Below are positions 17,833 to 26,979 of a stretch of DNA of 64,000 bases, piece after piece (position 1 is the first letter of the stretch; each line of letters opens with the position of its first letter). The notes below the pieces were generated by a model. That model saw nothing but the letters and a program-made list of their open reading frames with translations, did no database searches and was not told the origin of the DNA. A program made the translations under genes and the position numbers. This DNA is from Roseibacillus sp. (lineage in GTDB: Bacteria > Verrucomicrobiota > Verrucomicrobiia > Verrucomicrobiales > Akkermansiaceae): the NCBI GenBank assembly GCA_051251855.1, contig JBPOGI010000001.1, forward strand, positions 576,001 to 640,000, in the 5' to 3' direction.

Positions 17833-20067
17833 GTGAACTTGAACTTGAGAACTTTGAAAATCACCGTGACAATTGCGTTCTGGTTCACTTTGCAAGCGAT
17901 GCTCGTGGGAGTTGAGCAGTCCGAAGATCCCGTGCTCACAACGGCGATGGATGTGATCTCGTTAACGGGTGAGGAGGCCGCTCAGTCGATTCCCGTCTCA
18001 CTCACTGGCGTAGTGACTGTTTCGTATCCTCATTGGGGGGGGCGATTTTTCGTGCAGGATGAGACGAGTGGTATCTTTGTCGATTCATTAGAGGATGAGA
18101 GACCGATGCCGGGTGATCGGATTAGCTTGAGCGGGCTGAGTTATCCCGGAGGGTTTGCTCCTTCAGTTTTTAGCGCGCAATGGAAAAAAACTGAGGAGGA
18201 GCCATTGCCTGTGGCGCGAGTTGTTCCGATCGAGGTGCTGCTTTCGGGAGCCGAAGATAGCCAGCGGGTGGAAGTTACTGGAGTGGTTCGGACGGCTACC
18301 TTGAATGAGAACGAGCTATCGCTGTATCTCGTTTCCGATGGTCATCGTTTGCAGGCTTTGCTGCCACCCGCCACGGTGACTGAGCCTCAATCTCTAATTG
18401 GAGCCACCGTGCGGGTGAGGGGGACGGCTGCGGCAACGTTCAATGGTGAGTCGCGTCAGGTGATTTCGATGAATCTTTTCGTGCCAGTGTCGGATGATTT
18501 CCTCGTGGTTCAGCGGGAGAAAGTGAATCCTTTGGAAAAAGAGGTGCTCTTGATTGGGGCGCTAGGGAAATATAGTCGAGCGATTTTACCTCATGATCGG
18601 GTGCGCTTGCGGGGAGTAGTGACTTATCAACAGTTGGGGGAAGAGCTGTTTATCCAAGACGAAACAGGAGGCTTGCATGTGCGTAGCTCTCAATTGATTG
18701 ATGTCGAGCGGGGTGCGCTGGTTGAGGTGGTGGGGTTTCCTGGGGCAGAGGACAACCTGCCGGTCTTGCAGGATGCTTCCATTCGTTTGATTGAGGGTTC
18801 GAAGGTTCCGGAGGCGTTTCGCTTTCAGTTGGAGGAGTTGAAAAAGAGCCATCGGTTTGGACAGTTGGTTTCATTAAAAGCAATCTTGTTGGATCGTTCA
18901 GTGAGAATGGCGGCTGAAGGTTCGGAAGGGCAATTGGAAGAGAGGGTGACTTTGATGTTAGAAGCGGAGGACGAGGTCTTTACTGCAGATGGTTCTTTTG
19001 CTGGCGCAGGGACGAGCTTTTTGAACCTAGAGGTGGGGAGTCAGGTGAACGTGGAGGGAATTTGCTCTCTCGATATTCGTGATGATGGCGAAGTGACGAG
19101 CTTCCAGATTCTCTTGCCCGACGCGGAGAGTGTAACGGTGCTCGTGAGGCCGAGCTGGTTGAATGCGCGGAGGTTGAAGTATGGGCTTGGTATTTTGGGA
19201 GGAGTGGTTTTGTTATTTTTAATTTGGGCTGCAACTTTGGCTCGAAAGAATCAGATGTTGAAGCGCTCCATTGAGGGGCGAGCCAGAGCGCAAGCGGAGT
19301 TGCAGAAGGTCAATGAGACTTTGGATTTACGGGTACAAGAGCGGACGGCTCAGTTGAAGTCCGAGATGGATGAGAGAAAGAAAGCGGAGGTGAGCTTTAA
19401 GGCGACCTTGGCGGAACGAACGCGACTTGCGCAAGAGTTGCACGATACTACGGAGCAAAGTTTGGCCGGAATCGGGTTGCAGTTGGATACCTCCGCCAAA
19501 CTTCTTCCGAATGACTTGGAGGAGGGATTGAAGCCATTGGATTTGGCGCGAACGTTGATCGGGCAGAGTCATCAGGACCTTAGACGTTCGATTTGGAATC
19601 TGCGCTCGCGTGAGCTGGAAGAGTTTAACTTCTCCGATGCTGTTCGCATGAGTGTGCGTGAGGTCTTGTTGGGCACTGGAATCGAGTTTGAGAAGGTTGA
19701 GCAGGGCGTTGCGCGGTCTCTTCCTGAGGTGGTGGAGGAAAATTTGCTACGGGTGGTTCGAGAGGTCGCTACCAACGCTGTGAAGCATGCCGACGCTTCG
19801 AAGTTAGAAGTGACATTGTCTTATCGAGAAGGTGAGGTTGAGCTCACGGTGAGTGATGATGGGCGAGGCTTTTCTTCGGAGAGTGCGCCTGGTGCGAAGG
19901 AAGGTCACTTTGGATTGTTAGGTATTTCTGAGCGAGTGAAGAGGTTCGATGGAATCCTTGTTCTCGATTCGAAGGTGGGGCAGGGCACCACGGTGCGAGT
20001 GACGGTTTCAACTGCGCGTTTGACGAGTGATGTGGCGACCGCGCAGACTAACGGAATGAAATCATGA
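17833..20067 (+). CDS. Sensor histidine kinase (HisKA_3 + HATPase) with a large duplicated extracytoplasmic region
   Basis: ERTRLAQELHDT H-box, E..TNAVKHA, DDGRGF, GHFGLLGISER, GQGTTV; a TM segment before the coiled coil. Confidence 0.92.
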   Translation: MNLNLRTLKITVTIAFWFTLQAMLVGVEQSEDPVLTTAMDVISLTGEEAAQSIPVSLTGVVTVSYPHWGGRFFVQDETSGIFVDSLEDERPMPGDRISLSGLSYPGGFAPSVFSAQWKKTEEEPLPVARVVPIEVLLSGAEDSQRVEVTGVVRTATLNENELSLYLVSDGHRLQALLPPATVTEPQSLIGATVRVRGTAAATFNGESRQVISMNLFVPVSDDFLVVQREKVNPLEKEVLLIGALGKYSRAILPHDRVRLRGVVTYQQLGEELFIQDETGGLHVRSSQLIDVERGALVEVVGFPGAEDNLPVLQDASIRLIEGSKVPEAFRFQLEELKKSHRFGQLVSLKAILLDRSVRMAAEGSEGQLEERVTLMLEAEDEVFTADGSFAGAGTSFLNLEVGSQVNVEGICSLDIRDDGEVTSFQILLPDAESVTVLVRPSWLNARRLKYGLGILGGVVLLFLIWAATLARKNQMLKRSIEGRARAQAELQKVNETLDLRVQERTAQLKSEMDERKKAEVSFKATLAERTRLAQELHDTTEQSLAGIGLQLDTSAKLLPNDLEEGLKPLDLARTLIGQSHQDLRRSIWNLRSRELEEFNFSDAVRMSVREVLLGTGIEFEKVEQGVARSLPEVVEENLLRVVREVATNAVKHADASKLEVTLSYREGEVELTVSDDGRGFSSESAPGAKEGHFGLLGISERVKRFDGILVLDSKVGQGTTVRVTVSTARLTSDVATAQTNGMKS

Positions 20068-20693
20068 GTAAGGAGAAGACGATCAAGGTGCTGATTGCCG
20101 ATGACCACTATGTGGTGCGCATGGGCCTAGCGGCGATGGTGAAGACGGAGTCGGACATGGAAGTGGTGGGGGAAGCGGAAGACGGGAGGGAGGCGATCCG
20201 GCTCTATGAGCGGTATCAACCTGATATCTTGCTGATGGACTCTCGGATGCCGGTCTTGAATGGGGTGGAGACGACGATTGAGATTTTAAAGAAGTATCCA
20301 AAGGCGCGCGTCCTCATGATTTCGGCCTACGATGGTGATGCCGATATTCAGCGTGCTTTGGAGGCGGGAGTGCAGGGCTATGTTCTCAAGCAATCAGCGG
20401 GGGACCGTTTGTTGCCTGCTATTCGAGCGGTGGCGGCAGGGAAGAAGTGGCTCTCGCGGGCGGTGGCGGGAGAGCTGGCGTTGAGAAAATCTTACGAACA
20501 ACTCACCCCGCGTGAACTAGATGTGCTGAAGGAGATATCACTGGGGTTGGCGAACAAACAAATTGCGGATTCCTTGGGTATCTCTGAGCATACGGTGAAG
20601 GACCATGTCAAAAATGTGCTCGCTAAATTGCGGGTCTCCGACCGCACCGAGGCAGTCGCGGTGGGAGTGAAGCGAGGCTTTATTCATCTTTAA
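20064..20693 (+). CDS. NarL/LuxR-family response regulator
   Basis: IADDH..PDILLMD receiver; LTPRELDVL..GLANKQIA..LGISEHTVKDHV HTH; 4-bp overlap with the kinase gene. Confidence 0.95.
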   Translation: MSKEKTIKVLIADDHYVVRMGLAAMVKTESDMEVVGEAEDGREAIRLYERYQPDILLMDSRMPVLNGVETTIEILKKYPKARVLMISAYDGDADIQRALEAGVQGYVLKQSAGDRLLPAIRAVAAGKKWLSRAVAGELALRKSYEQLTPRELDVLKEISLGLANKQIADSLGISEHTVKDHVKNVLAKLRVSDRTEAVAVGVKRGFIHL

Positions 20694-22635
20694 TGGAGGT
20701 CTGTGCAGGATCCTTTGCTTCGGGATAGCTGAGACCATAGCCGACGGGATAGCGCAGGCGGCTCTGCTCGTGAGTCGAGGCTGGCACTTCCTTCATCGAG
20801 GCGGGCCAAGCGTAGGAGAGCTTTCCGGTGAACGGCTTCTTTGCTAACAGGACATCGGCGACTCCTGCTCCTTCGCTGCCAGGTAACCAAGCAGCGACGA
20901 TGGCGTCTGCTTGCGAGCGGGCGGCATCTAGAACGAGGGGGCGGCCGGAGATGATGAGGAGTGCTACTTTTGAACCGGTTGCGTGAGCGTTCGCGACAAG
21001 GTCTTGATCGGATTGGCTGAGGGTGATGTTTTCGCGATCGCCCTTCATCTCGGCATAGGGATCTTCACCCACGACCACAAGGATGAGGTCGGCACCTTCA
21101 CTGCCATTGACGTTGGGGGAGTGGGTGACTTTGGTTTCAGGAGAAACTCCGTTTTGGAGGCCTTGTAGAATGGTGGAGCCGCCATTGACGGTTGGGCCGC
21201 GGCCTCCTTGCCAACTGACGGTCCAGCCACCGCATTGCATGCCAACGTCGCTGGCTGCGGAGCCTGCCACGTGGAGATGGCGGCAGTCGTTGGTAATGGG
21301 GAGAAGATTGTCTTTGTTTTTGAGAAGGACCAAGGATTCCGAAACGGCTTGTCGGGCAACGGCGCGGTGTTTTTCGGAGCCGAACTCTTTCTGGAGTTCT
21401 TCGTTGGGCCAGAGTTGGGGGCCTTTTTCCATCATGCCTGCCGCAAATTTGACGCGCAGGATGCGAGTGACGGCGTCGTCGATACGAGACATGGGCACAC
21501 GACCTTCCTGAACAAGTTCTTGAAGGAAGGTGATGAATTTTTTGTAGTGGTCGGTGACCATGACCATGTCCATGCCGGCGTTGATGGAGATTTCGATGCA
21601 GCGCTTATAGTTAGGCGTCTTGACCTGACCGGCGGCATTGTTGCTTTCGACTTGTTGAAACCCACCTTCAGGCCAGACGAGTTGGTCGATAGCGTTGTAG
21701 TCCGAGATGAGCATGCCCTCGAAGCCGAGCTGTTCCTTGAGGACGTAGGTTAGGAGGTATTTGTTGCCGGAGAGTTTGATGCCGTTCCAACTAGAGTAGG
21801 AGGGCATAATAGTGGCGACGCCGGCATCGATGGCGGGGATGTAAGGAGTGATGTGGAGGCGACGGAGTTCTTCCTCGCTGAGTTGGGTGTTGCCTTGATC
21901 GAGTTTGGATTCGCCTCGGGTGGAATCGTAGGTTGTGCCGCCATCGGCGACCCAGTGTTTAGCGCAAGCCACGACTGAGTAAGGGGAGGCGAGGTCGTCT
22001 CCTTGCAGTCCTTTGACGGCGGCTTCGCTATAGAGGGAGACCACTTCGGGGTCTTCGGAGAAGCCTTCGTAGGCGCGCCCCCAGCGGATGTCGCGCGGGA
22101 CGGTGAGGCAGGGAGCAAAGGTCCATTGAATGCCGGTGGCTCGTATTTCGCGGGCAGTGATGCGGCCAATTTCTCTCACGAGGGCAGGGTTGCGGGTGCA
22201 GCCGAGGCCGATGTTGTGAGGAAAGATGACGGCGTCGGGGAGGTTGCTATGGCCGTGCACGGCATCGACGCCGTAGATGAGCGGGATGCCGAGCCGGGTC
22301 TTGAGCGCTCTTTCTTGGCAATCTCGATAGAGGTTGGACCAGTTGGCGAGGCTGTTGCCTGATTTGGGGTCAGAGCTGCCTCCGCTGAGAATGGAGCCGA
22401 GGGCGAGGCGCTCAATATTGTCGAAGTCCTTGACCGAATTCAGGTCGGGCTGGGTCATTTGACCGACCTTTTCGGCGAGAGTCATTTCGGCGACGAGTTC
22501 CTTGATTTTGTCATCGTGAGCGGTGAGCCATGCTGGAGAAGCTGCTGGGACACTTAATGAGAGAGAGACGGAGAGCGAGAGCGCGACAAGGTGGATTTGG
22601 AAGCGAGAAAATCGAAATTGAATTGTTGATTGCAT
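20680..22635 (-). CDS. GH3 beta-glucosidase / exo-1,3(1,4)-beta-glucanase-like, secreted
   Basis: MTLAEKVGQMTQ, YGVDAVHGH, FPHNIGLG, RWGRAYE, AKHWVADGGT, ISDY (nucleophile), VVGEDPYAE, AWLPGSEG. Confidence 0.92.
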   Translation of the reverse strand: MQSTIQFRFSRFQIHLVALSLSVSLSLSVPAASPAWLTAHDDKIKELVAEMTLAEKVGQMTQPDLNSVKDFDNIERLALGSILSGGSSDPKSGNSLANWSNLYRDCQERALKTRLGIPLIYGVDAVHGHSNLPDAVIFPHNIGLGCTRNPALVREIGRITAREIRATGIQWTFAPCLTVPRDIRWGRAYEGFSEDPEVVSLYSEAAVKGLQGDDLASPYSVVACAKHWVADGGTTYDSTRGESKLDQGNTQLSEEELRRLHITPYIPAIDAGVATIMPSYSSWNGIKLSGNKYLLTYVLKEQLGFEGMLISDYNAIDQLVWPEGGFQQVESNNAAGQVKTPNYKRCIEISINAGMDMVMVTDHYKKFITFLQELVQEGRVPMSRIDDAVTRILRVKFAAGMMEKGPQLWPNEELQKEFGSEKHRAVARQAVSESLVLLKNKDNLLPITNDCRHLHVAGSAASDVGMQCGGWTVSWQGGRGPTVNGGSTILQGLQNGVSPETKVTHSPNVNGSEGADLILVVVGEDPYAEMKGDRENITLSQSDQDLVANAHATGSKVALLIISGRPLVLDAARSQADAIVAAWLPGSEGAGVADVLLAKKPFTGKLSYAWPASMKEVPASTHEQSRLRYPVGYGLSYPEAKDPAQTSIKDE

Positions 22636-22702
22636 ATTATTTGGCTCTCAGTGGGAGCTGGGAAATTTCGTGGAGTGTGAAGTAGAATTTGTTTGTTGAA
22701 AA

Positions 22703-22718
22703 TCCCCACAAGGAGGGG
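22703..22718. promoter_or_regulatory. Palindromic box, copy 4 (degenerate left arm; upstream of GH3)
   Basis: tccccacaaggagggg. Confidence 0.6.
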
Positions 22719-22816
22719 GATAGGCTCCTATTTGAACTTTAGTGCGTGAGGAAGGTGGGAGATCGTCTGGATTGCGATCTTGTAAGATGGGGGCGAAGGT
22801 GTTCGTCTTGGGGAGT

Positions 22817-24943
22817 ATGTTTCGAATACGTGTCGCTGCGCTAGTGGTTTCTCTGGGGGCTGGAGCCTCCTTTGGTTACGGGGAAAGCCTATTCAATGGT
22901 GAAGATTTGAAGGGATGGAGCTCAAAGCCTGGGGAATTGCAGAGTGCTCATTGGGCGGTCGAGGGTGGGGAGATAGTGGGCGAGAATCTTGATAAGAAGA
23001 ATTCGGTCCTGTGGACGGACGAGCAATTTGGTGATTTTGAGCTGTCTCTGGACTACAAAACGCCTTCTCCAGATTACGATTCGGGAATTTTTTTACGAGG
23101 TCAGAGTCATCAGGTGCAGATTGGGATTTCGCGCTCTCTTAAGGTCGATCTGACAGCTTGCATTTATGCGCCTAAAGATGGCAAGGGTGGGTATCCGGCG
23201 AAGTCGGATAAGGTTGCGGCGACGCATAAGTTGGGTGAATGGAATCACCTGCGTATTGTGGTGGAGGGAAAGCGGATTCAGACCTTTTTAAATGGGGAAG
23301 CGTTCGTGGATTATGTGGGAGAGACGATCCAAGCAACGGGGCCGATTGGGTTGCAGCTGCATGCAGGGGTGCATCAGAAGATGCAGTTCAAGAATTTGGA
23401 GCTTAAGAAGATCGCGGTTGAAGAGGAGCCAGCGCCTTCGAAGCCAAATGTGGTGATTATTTACGGTGATGATGTGGGTTATGCCGATTTGGGATGTTAT
23501 GGGGCAGAGAAGATTCCGACTCCGAATTTGGACAAGATGGCTGCAGAAGGATTGCGCTTTACCGATGCTCATTGTGCAGCGGCGACTTGCACGCCGTCAC
23601 GTTATTCACTGCTGACGGGAGAGATGGCTTTTCGCAAAAAAGGGACGGGGATTTTGCCAGGAGATGCCGCGATGGCGATTCATCCGGACCAGTTCACGAT
23701 GGCAGATGCTTTTCAGGCTGCAGGATATACCACAGGAGTGGTTGGCAAGTGGCACTTGGGTCTGGGTGATGGGGTGACTCCTATTGATTGGAACAAGGAG
23801 ATTAAACCGGGGCCTCTGGAGATTGGTTTTGACTATTGTTTCATGCTGCCATCGACGAATGATCGGGTTCCTTGTGTCTACTTGGAGAATCATCACATTG
23901 TGAACCTCGACCCTGAGGATCCGTTGACGGTTTCGTATAAAAAGAAGATTCCAGCGGAGGTGCCGGGAACGGTTTATCCGGATGGACGTGAGGACCCTGA
24001 GGCAATGACTTACTACATGAATACTCATGGCCACAACATGTCGGTCATCAATGGGGTGGGTCGGATTGGGATGATGAAGGGGGGGAAGTCTGCGCTTTGG
24101 AATGATGAAGAGATGGCGGACAAGCTTGTGGAGAAGGCGGGTGCCTTTATTGAAAAGAACAAGGGGGAGCCCTTCTTCCTCTTCTTCTCGTCGCAGGATA
24201 TTCATGTGCCTCGGACGCCGCATCCCCGTTTTCGAGGGAAGAGTGATTTGAGTTATCGGGGTGATGCGATGGTGCAGTTGGATTGGACCACGGGAGCGAT
24301 TCTGGAAGCGCTGAAGAAGAACGGAATCGACGACAACACGGTCGTAATTTTCAGTAGCGACAATGGACCTGTTTACGATGACGGCTACCAAGATGGGACT
24401 ACGGTAGAGACTTCAATGGAAGAGGTGGACCGTGGGCATGATGGCTCAGGACCTTATCGTGGTGGGAAGTATCAGCTATATGAGGGAGGGACCCGGGTTC
24501 CCTTCATCGTGCGTTGGCCTGAGGGAATCGAACCGGGAGTCTCCAATGCTCTGGTCACTCAGGTTGACCTCTTGAAGTCATTCGCTGGACATTTGAAGGT
24601 CGAGATTCCTTCTGGTCACGCTATCGATAGCCGCGATTATTTACCTGCGTTTCTTGGTGAAGACGAAAAGGGCGCCGATATCATTTTGGAGCAGGCCAAG
24701 GCGGTTGCTATTCGTAAAGGTCCTTGGAAGTACTTTGATGGCTGGCCGGGCCACATGTTTAAGAAGGCCAAGGCCAAGAACGGCAAAAGCAAGAATGTGA
24801 AGAATGTGAAGAATACGCCTATGTTGTTCAATGTGGAACAGGACAAGATGGAAAAGAGCAATCTTGTGGAAGAAAAGCCTAAGTTGACGGAGGAACTCGC
24901 TGAGCTTTTGAAGAAGTATCAGGAAGAAGGACTCGCTGAGTAG
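22817..24943 (+). CDS. DUF1080 (3-keto-disaccharide-hydrolase-like) domain fused to a Cys-type S1 sulfatase
   Basis: SLFNGEDLKGW...GEWNHLRI...GPIGLQLH (DUF1080), then PNVVIIYGDDVGYADL, CTPSR (FGly motif), GKWHLG, FSSDNG. Confidence 0.9.
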   Translation: MFRIRVAALVVSLGAGASFGYGESLFNGEDLKGWSSKPGELQSAHWAVEGGEIVGENLDKKNSVLWTDEQFGDFELSLDYKTPSPDYDSGIFLRGQSHQVQIGISRSLKVDLTACIYAPKDGKGGYPAKSDKVAATHKLGEWNHLRIVVEGKRIQTFLNGEAFVDYVGETIQATGPIGLQLHAGVHQKMQFKNLELKKIAVEEEPAPSKPNVVIIYGDDVGYADLGCYGAEKIPTPNLDKMAAEGLRFTDAHCAAATCTPSRYSLLTGEMAFRKKGTGILPGDAAMAIHPDQFTMADAFQAAGYTTGVVGKWHLGLGDGVTPIDWNKEIKPGPLEIGFDYCFMLPSTNDRVPCVYLENHHIVNLDPEDPLTVSYKKKIPAEVPGTVYPDGREDPEAMTYYMNTHGHNMSVINGVGRIGMMKGGKSALWNDEEMADKLVEKAGAFIEKNKGEPFFLFFSSQDIHVPRTPHPRFRGKSDLSYRGDAMVQLDWTTGAILEALKKNGIDDNTVVIFSSDNGPVYDDGYQDGTTVETSMEEVDRGHDGSGPYRGGKYQLYEGGTRVPFIVRWPEGIEPGVSNALVTQVDLLKSFAGHLKVEIPSGHAIDSRDYLPAFLGEDEKGADIILEQAKAVAIRKGPWKYFDGWPGHMFKKAKAKNGKSKNVKNVKNTPMLFNVEQDKMEKSNLVEEKPKLTEELAELLKKYQEEGLAE

Positions 24944-25088
24944 AGCTGATTTGCGACTGCTTCTACGCCTGCGAAGTGGTAGCTTTGCGTCCTTTTTGGG
25001 CGCTGAGGCCTAAGCCGAGGGTGCCGGAGAGAGTCGGAAACTCGGTCGAGAAATCAGGGCCCTGCGGCCAGAAATACAAACTACGACT

Positions 25089-26165
25089 TTACTGAGGAGT
25101 CGCTACCAAGGGAGAGTGACCAAGGTCTGTAGCGAGCTTGTTGAAGCCGTCGACTTCTTCTTGCGTGAAAAGGAGGGCGTCTGCTTCGTCGGAGCGATTA
25201 CGGAACTGGGCTTCCATCTGTCCAGGGATGTTGGCGTCGGGGTTGCCGCGTAGGATGTCGGCGAGCACGTGCTTGAGGTTATCGAGCTGGCTGCGACCCA
25301 TGCCGAAGTTATTGGAAGAAAGAGCTTCGGGGTGGATGACCTGAAAGTAGAAGGTCGCGGTGTTCTTCTCGCGTGCATTCTCGGTGAGACGTCCGCGTAA
25401 AGAGGGCAAGGAGCCACCAATAAACGCGGCGAGGACCTCATTAATAAGAGAAAGACCGTAGCCCTTATGTGTGCCGAAAGGGAGAAGGGCATGAACACGA
25501 TTGGGGTCGGTTGTTACTTTTCCGTCGCGATCAATGGCTGAATCGGCGGGGAGCTCTTTACCGCTGTTGCGGGCGGACTCGACGCGATACATGTCGATAT
25601 TGGAGGTGATCCAGTCGACGAGGAGAGGGAAACCAAGGGCGGGAGAGGTGGGGAAGGCCCAAGAATGAGGGTTGGTGCCCAAGGTGGGGCGGTTGCCTCC
25701 GAGAGGCGCTACTTCGGCAAGAGGCGAGGTGGCGTGGGTGTAGGCAATAAAGCCTCGTTCGGCGGCAGCCATGACATAGCCAGCTCCCCAAAGGTAGGGC
25801 GAGGCATTGTCGACCGAGATTTGCGCGACTCCATATTGGTTAGCGAGCTCGATGGCACGGTCGATGGCGCGATAGGCCACGGCGGGACCAAATTTCTTGT
25901 TTGCGTTCCATGTTTCGGAGGCGGGAAAACGAGAGGGGACGACTTCCACTTCGGCGCCGGGGACGCAGCCTCCTGTGTTGGAACCGAAGTAATGGTCATT
26001 GTAGAGAGCACGGAGGGCAATGTGCGGCCTGACACCGTGTCGGGCCGCCTCAGCGCAAAGGTAGGTTCCCGGTGCGACTTCATCGGCCTTGAAGCCTCGC
26101 TTCAAAAAGGCGGTAGCGACCAAGGCATCGTGGTCTTTTCGGGAAACAGCTAGAAAGTCGGACAT
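25089..26165 (-). CDS. Ldh_2-family (malate/L-lactate/ureidoglycolate-type) NAD(P)-dependent oxidoreductase
   Basis: LGTNPHSWAFP, IDRDGKVTTDP, LLPFGTHKGYGLSL, IPGQME. Confidence 0.85.
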   Translation of the reverse strand: MSDFLAVSRKDHDALVATAFLKRGFKADEVAPGTYLCAEAARHGVRPHIALRALYNDHYFGSNTGGCVPGAEVEVVPSRFPASETWNANKKFGPAVAYRAIDRAIELANQYGVAQISVDNASPYLWGAGYVMAAAERGFIAYTHATSPLAEVAPLGGNRPTLGTNPHSWAFPTSPALGFPLLVDWITSNIDMYRVESARNSGKELPADSAIDRDGKVTTDPNRVHALLPFGTHKGYGLSLINEVLAAFIGGSLPSLRGRLTENAREKNTATFYFQVIHPEALSSNNFGMGRSQLDNLKHVLADILRGNPDANIPGQMEAQFRNRSDEADALLFTQEEVDGFNKLATDLGHSPLVATPQ

Positions 26166-26373
26166 GATTCTTTGCTGCTAGGTAAAACCTTTAAGGAGGG
26201 AAACGGAAGTGCGATCTCTGGCAGAGTGTCAGCAAAGCGTGTCAGGATTGGCAAGAAAAGGGGCGGCAATGGCCTTCGAATGAAGGCTGTGGGACTGTGA
26301 CGGGCCCGTTTTTCCAGTGCTAGAGAACGAAAGCAAGGTTGACGAGAAGGGTTCTTGGGTTATGGAAACGGGC

Positions 26374-26979
26374 GTGAACGAAGAATTGGAAGAAGTTGTT
26401 GCTAAGGAGGAGACTGCTCCTGTTGAGGGTTCAGCTCCCCAGCAGGGAGCTGAAGGGGAGGAGAATCTTGCTGAGCAACCGGAGGAATTGGACCCAATGG
26501 CGGCCTTGGAAGCCGAAGTTCAGAAGTATAAGGATGAGTCGCTCCGTCGAGCCGCTGAGATGGATAATTACCGTAAGCGGATGGCTAAGGAGCTGGAGCA
26601 GAGCCGTAAGTTTTCCAATCAAGGTTTGTTAATGGAGCTTTTACCGGTGCTTGATAATTTCGGGATGGGGATGCAAATGGCGGAGAAGGAACAGGGTTCG
26701 ATGCTTTTCCAAGGCATGTCGATGGTACAAGGGCAGTTGAGCGAGTTTTTCTCGAGTCAGGGCGTGAAACCAGTGGCAGTCGATACGGGAAGTGATTTCG
26801 ACCCCAACTTTCATGAGGCTGTGAGCCAAGAAGTTTCTAACGAGGTCGAGGAAGGCAAAGTGCTGCGCGTGGTTCGCGGAGGATATTTCATTGGTGATCG
26901 TCTTCTTCGTCCCGCGAATGTGATTGTTGCTAGGTCTCAAGAGAGTGCCGATGCGGCTGGAGAGGAGGAGGCGAAGTAA
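26374..26979 (+). CDS. grpE: Nucleotide exchange factor GrpE
   Basis: RRAAEMDNYRKR, LLPVLDNF, FDPNFHEAV, RLLRPANV. GTG start inferred from promoter position; ATG 26362 is the alternative. Confidence 0.93.
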   Translation: MNEELEEVVAKEETAPVEGSAPQQGAEGEENLAEQPEELDPMAALEAEVQKYKDESLRRAAEMDNYRKRMAKELEQSRKFSNQGLLMELLPVLDNFGMGMQMAEKEQGSMLFQGMSMVQGQLSEFFSSQGVKPVAVDTGSDFDPNFHEAVSQEVSNEVEEGKVLRVVRGGYFIGDRLLRPANVIVARSQESADAAGEEEAK

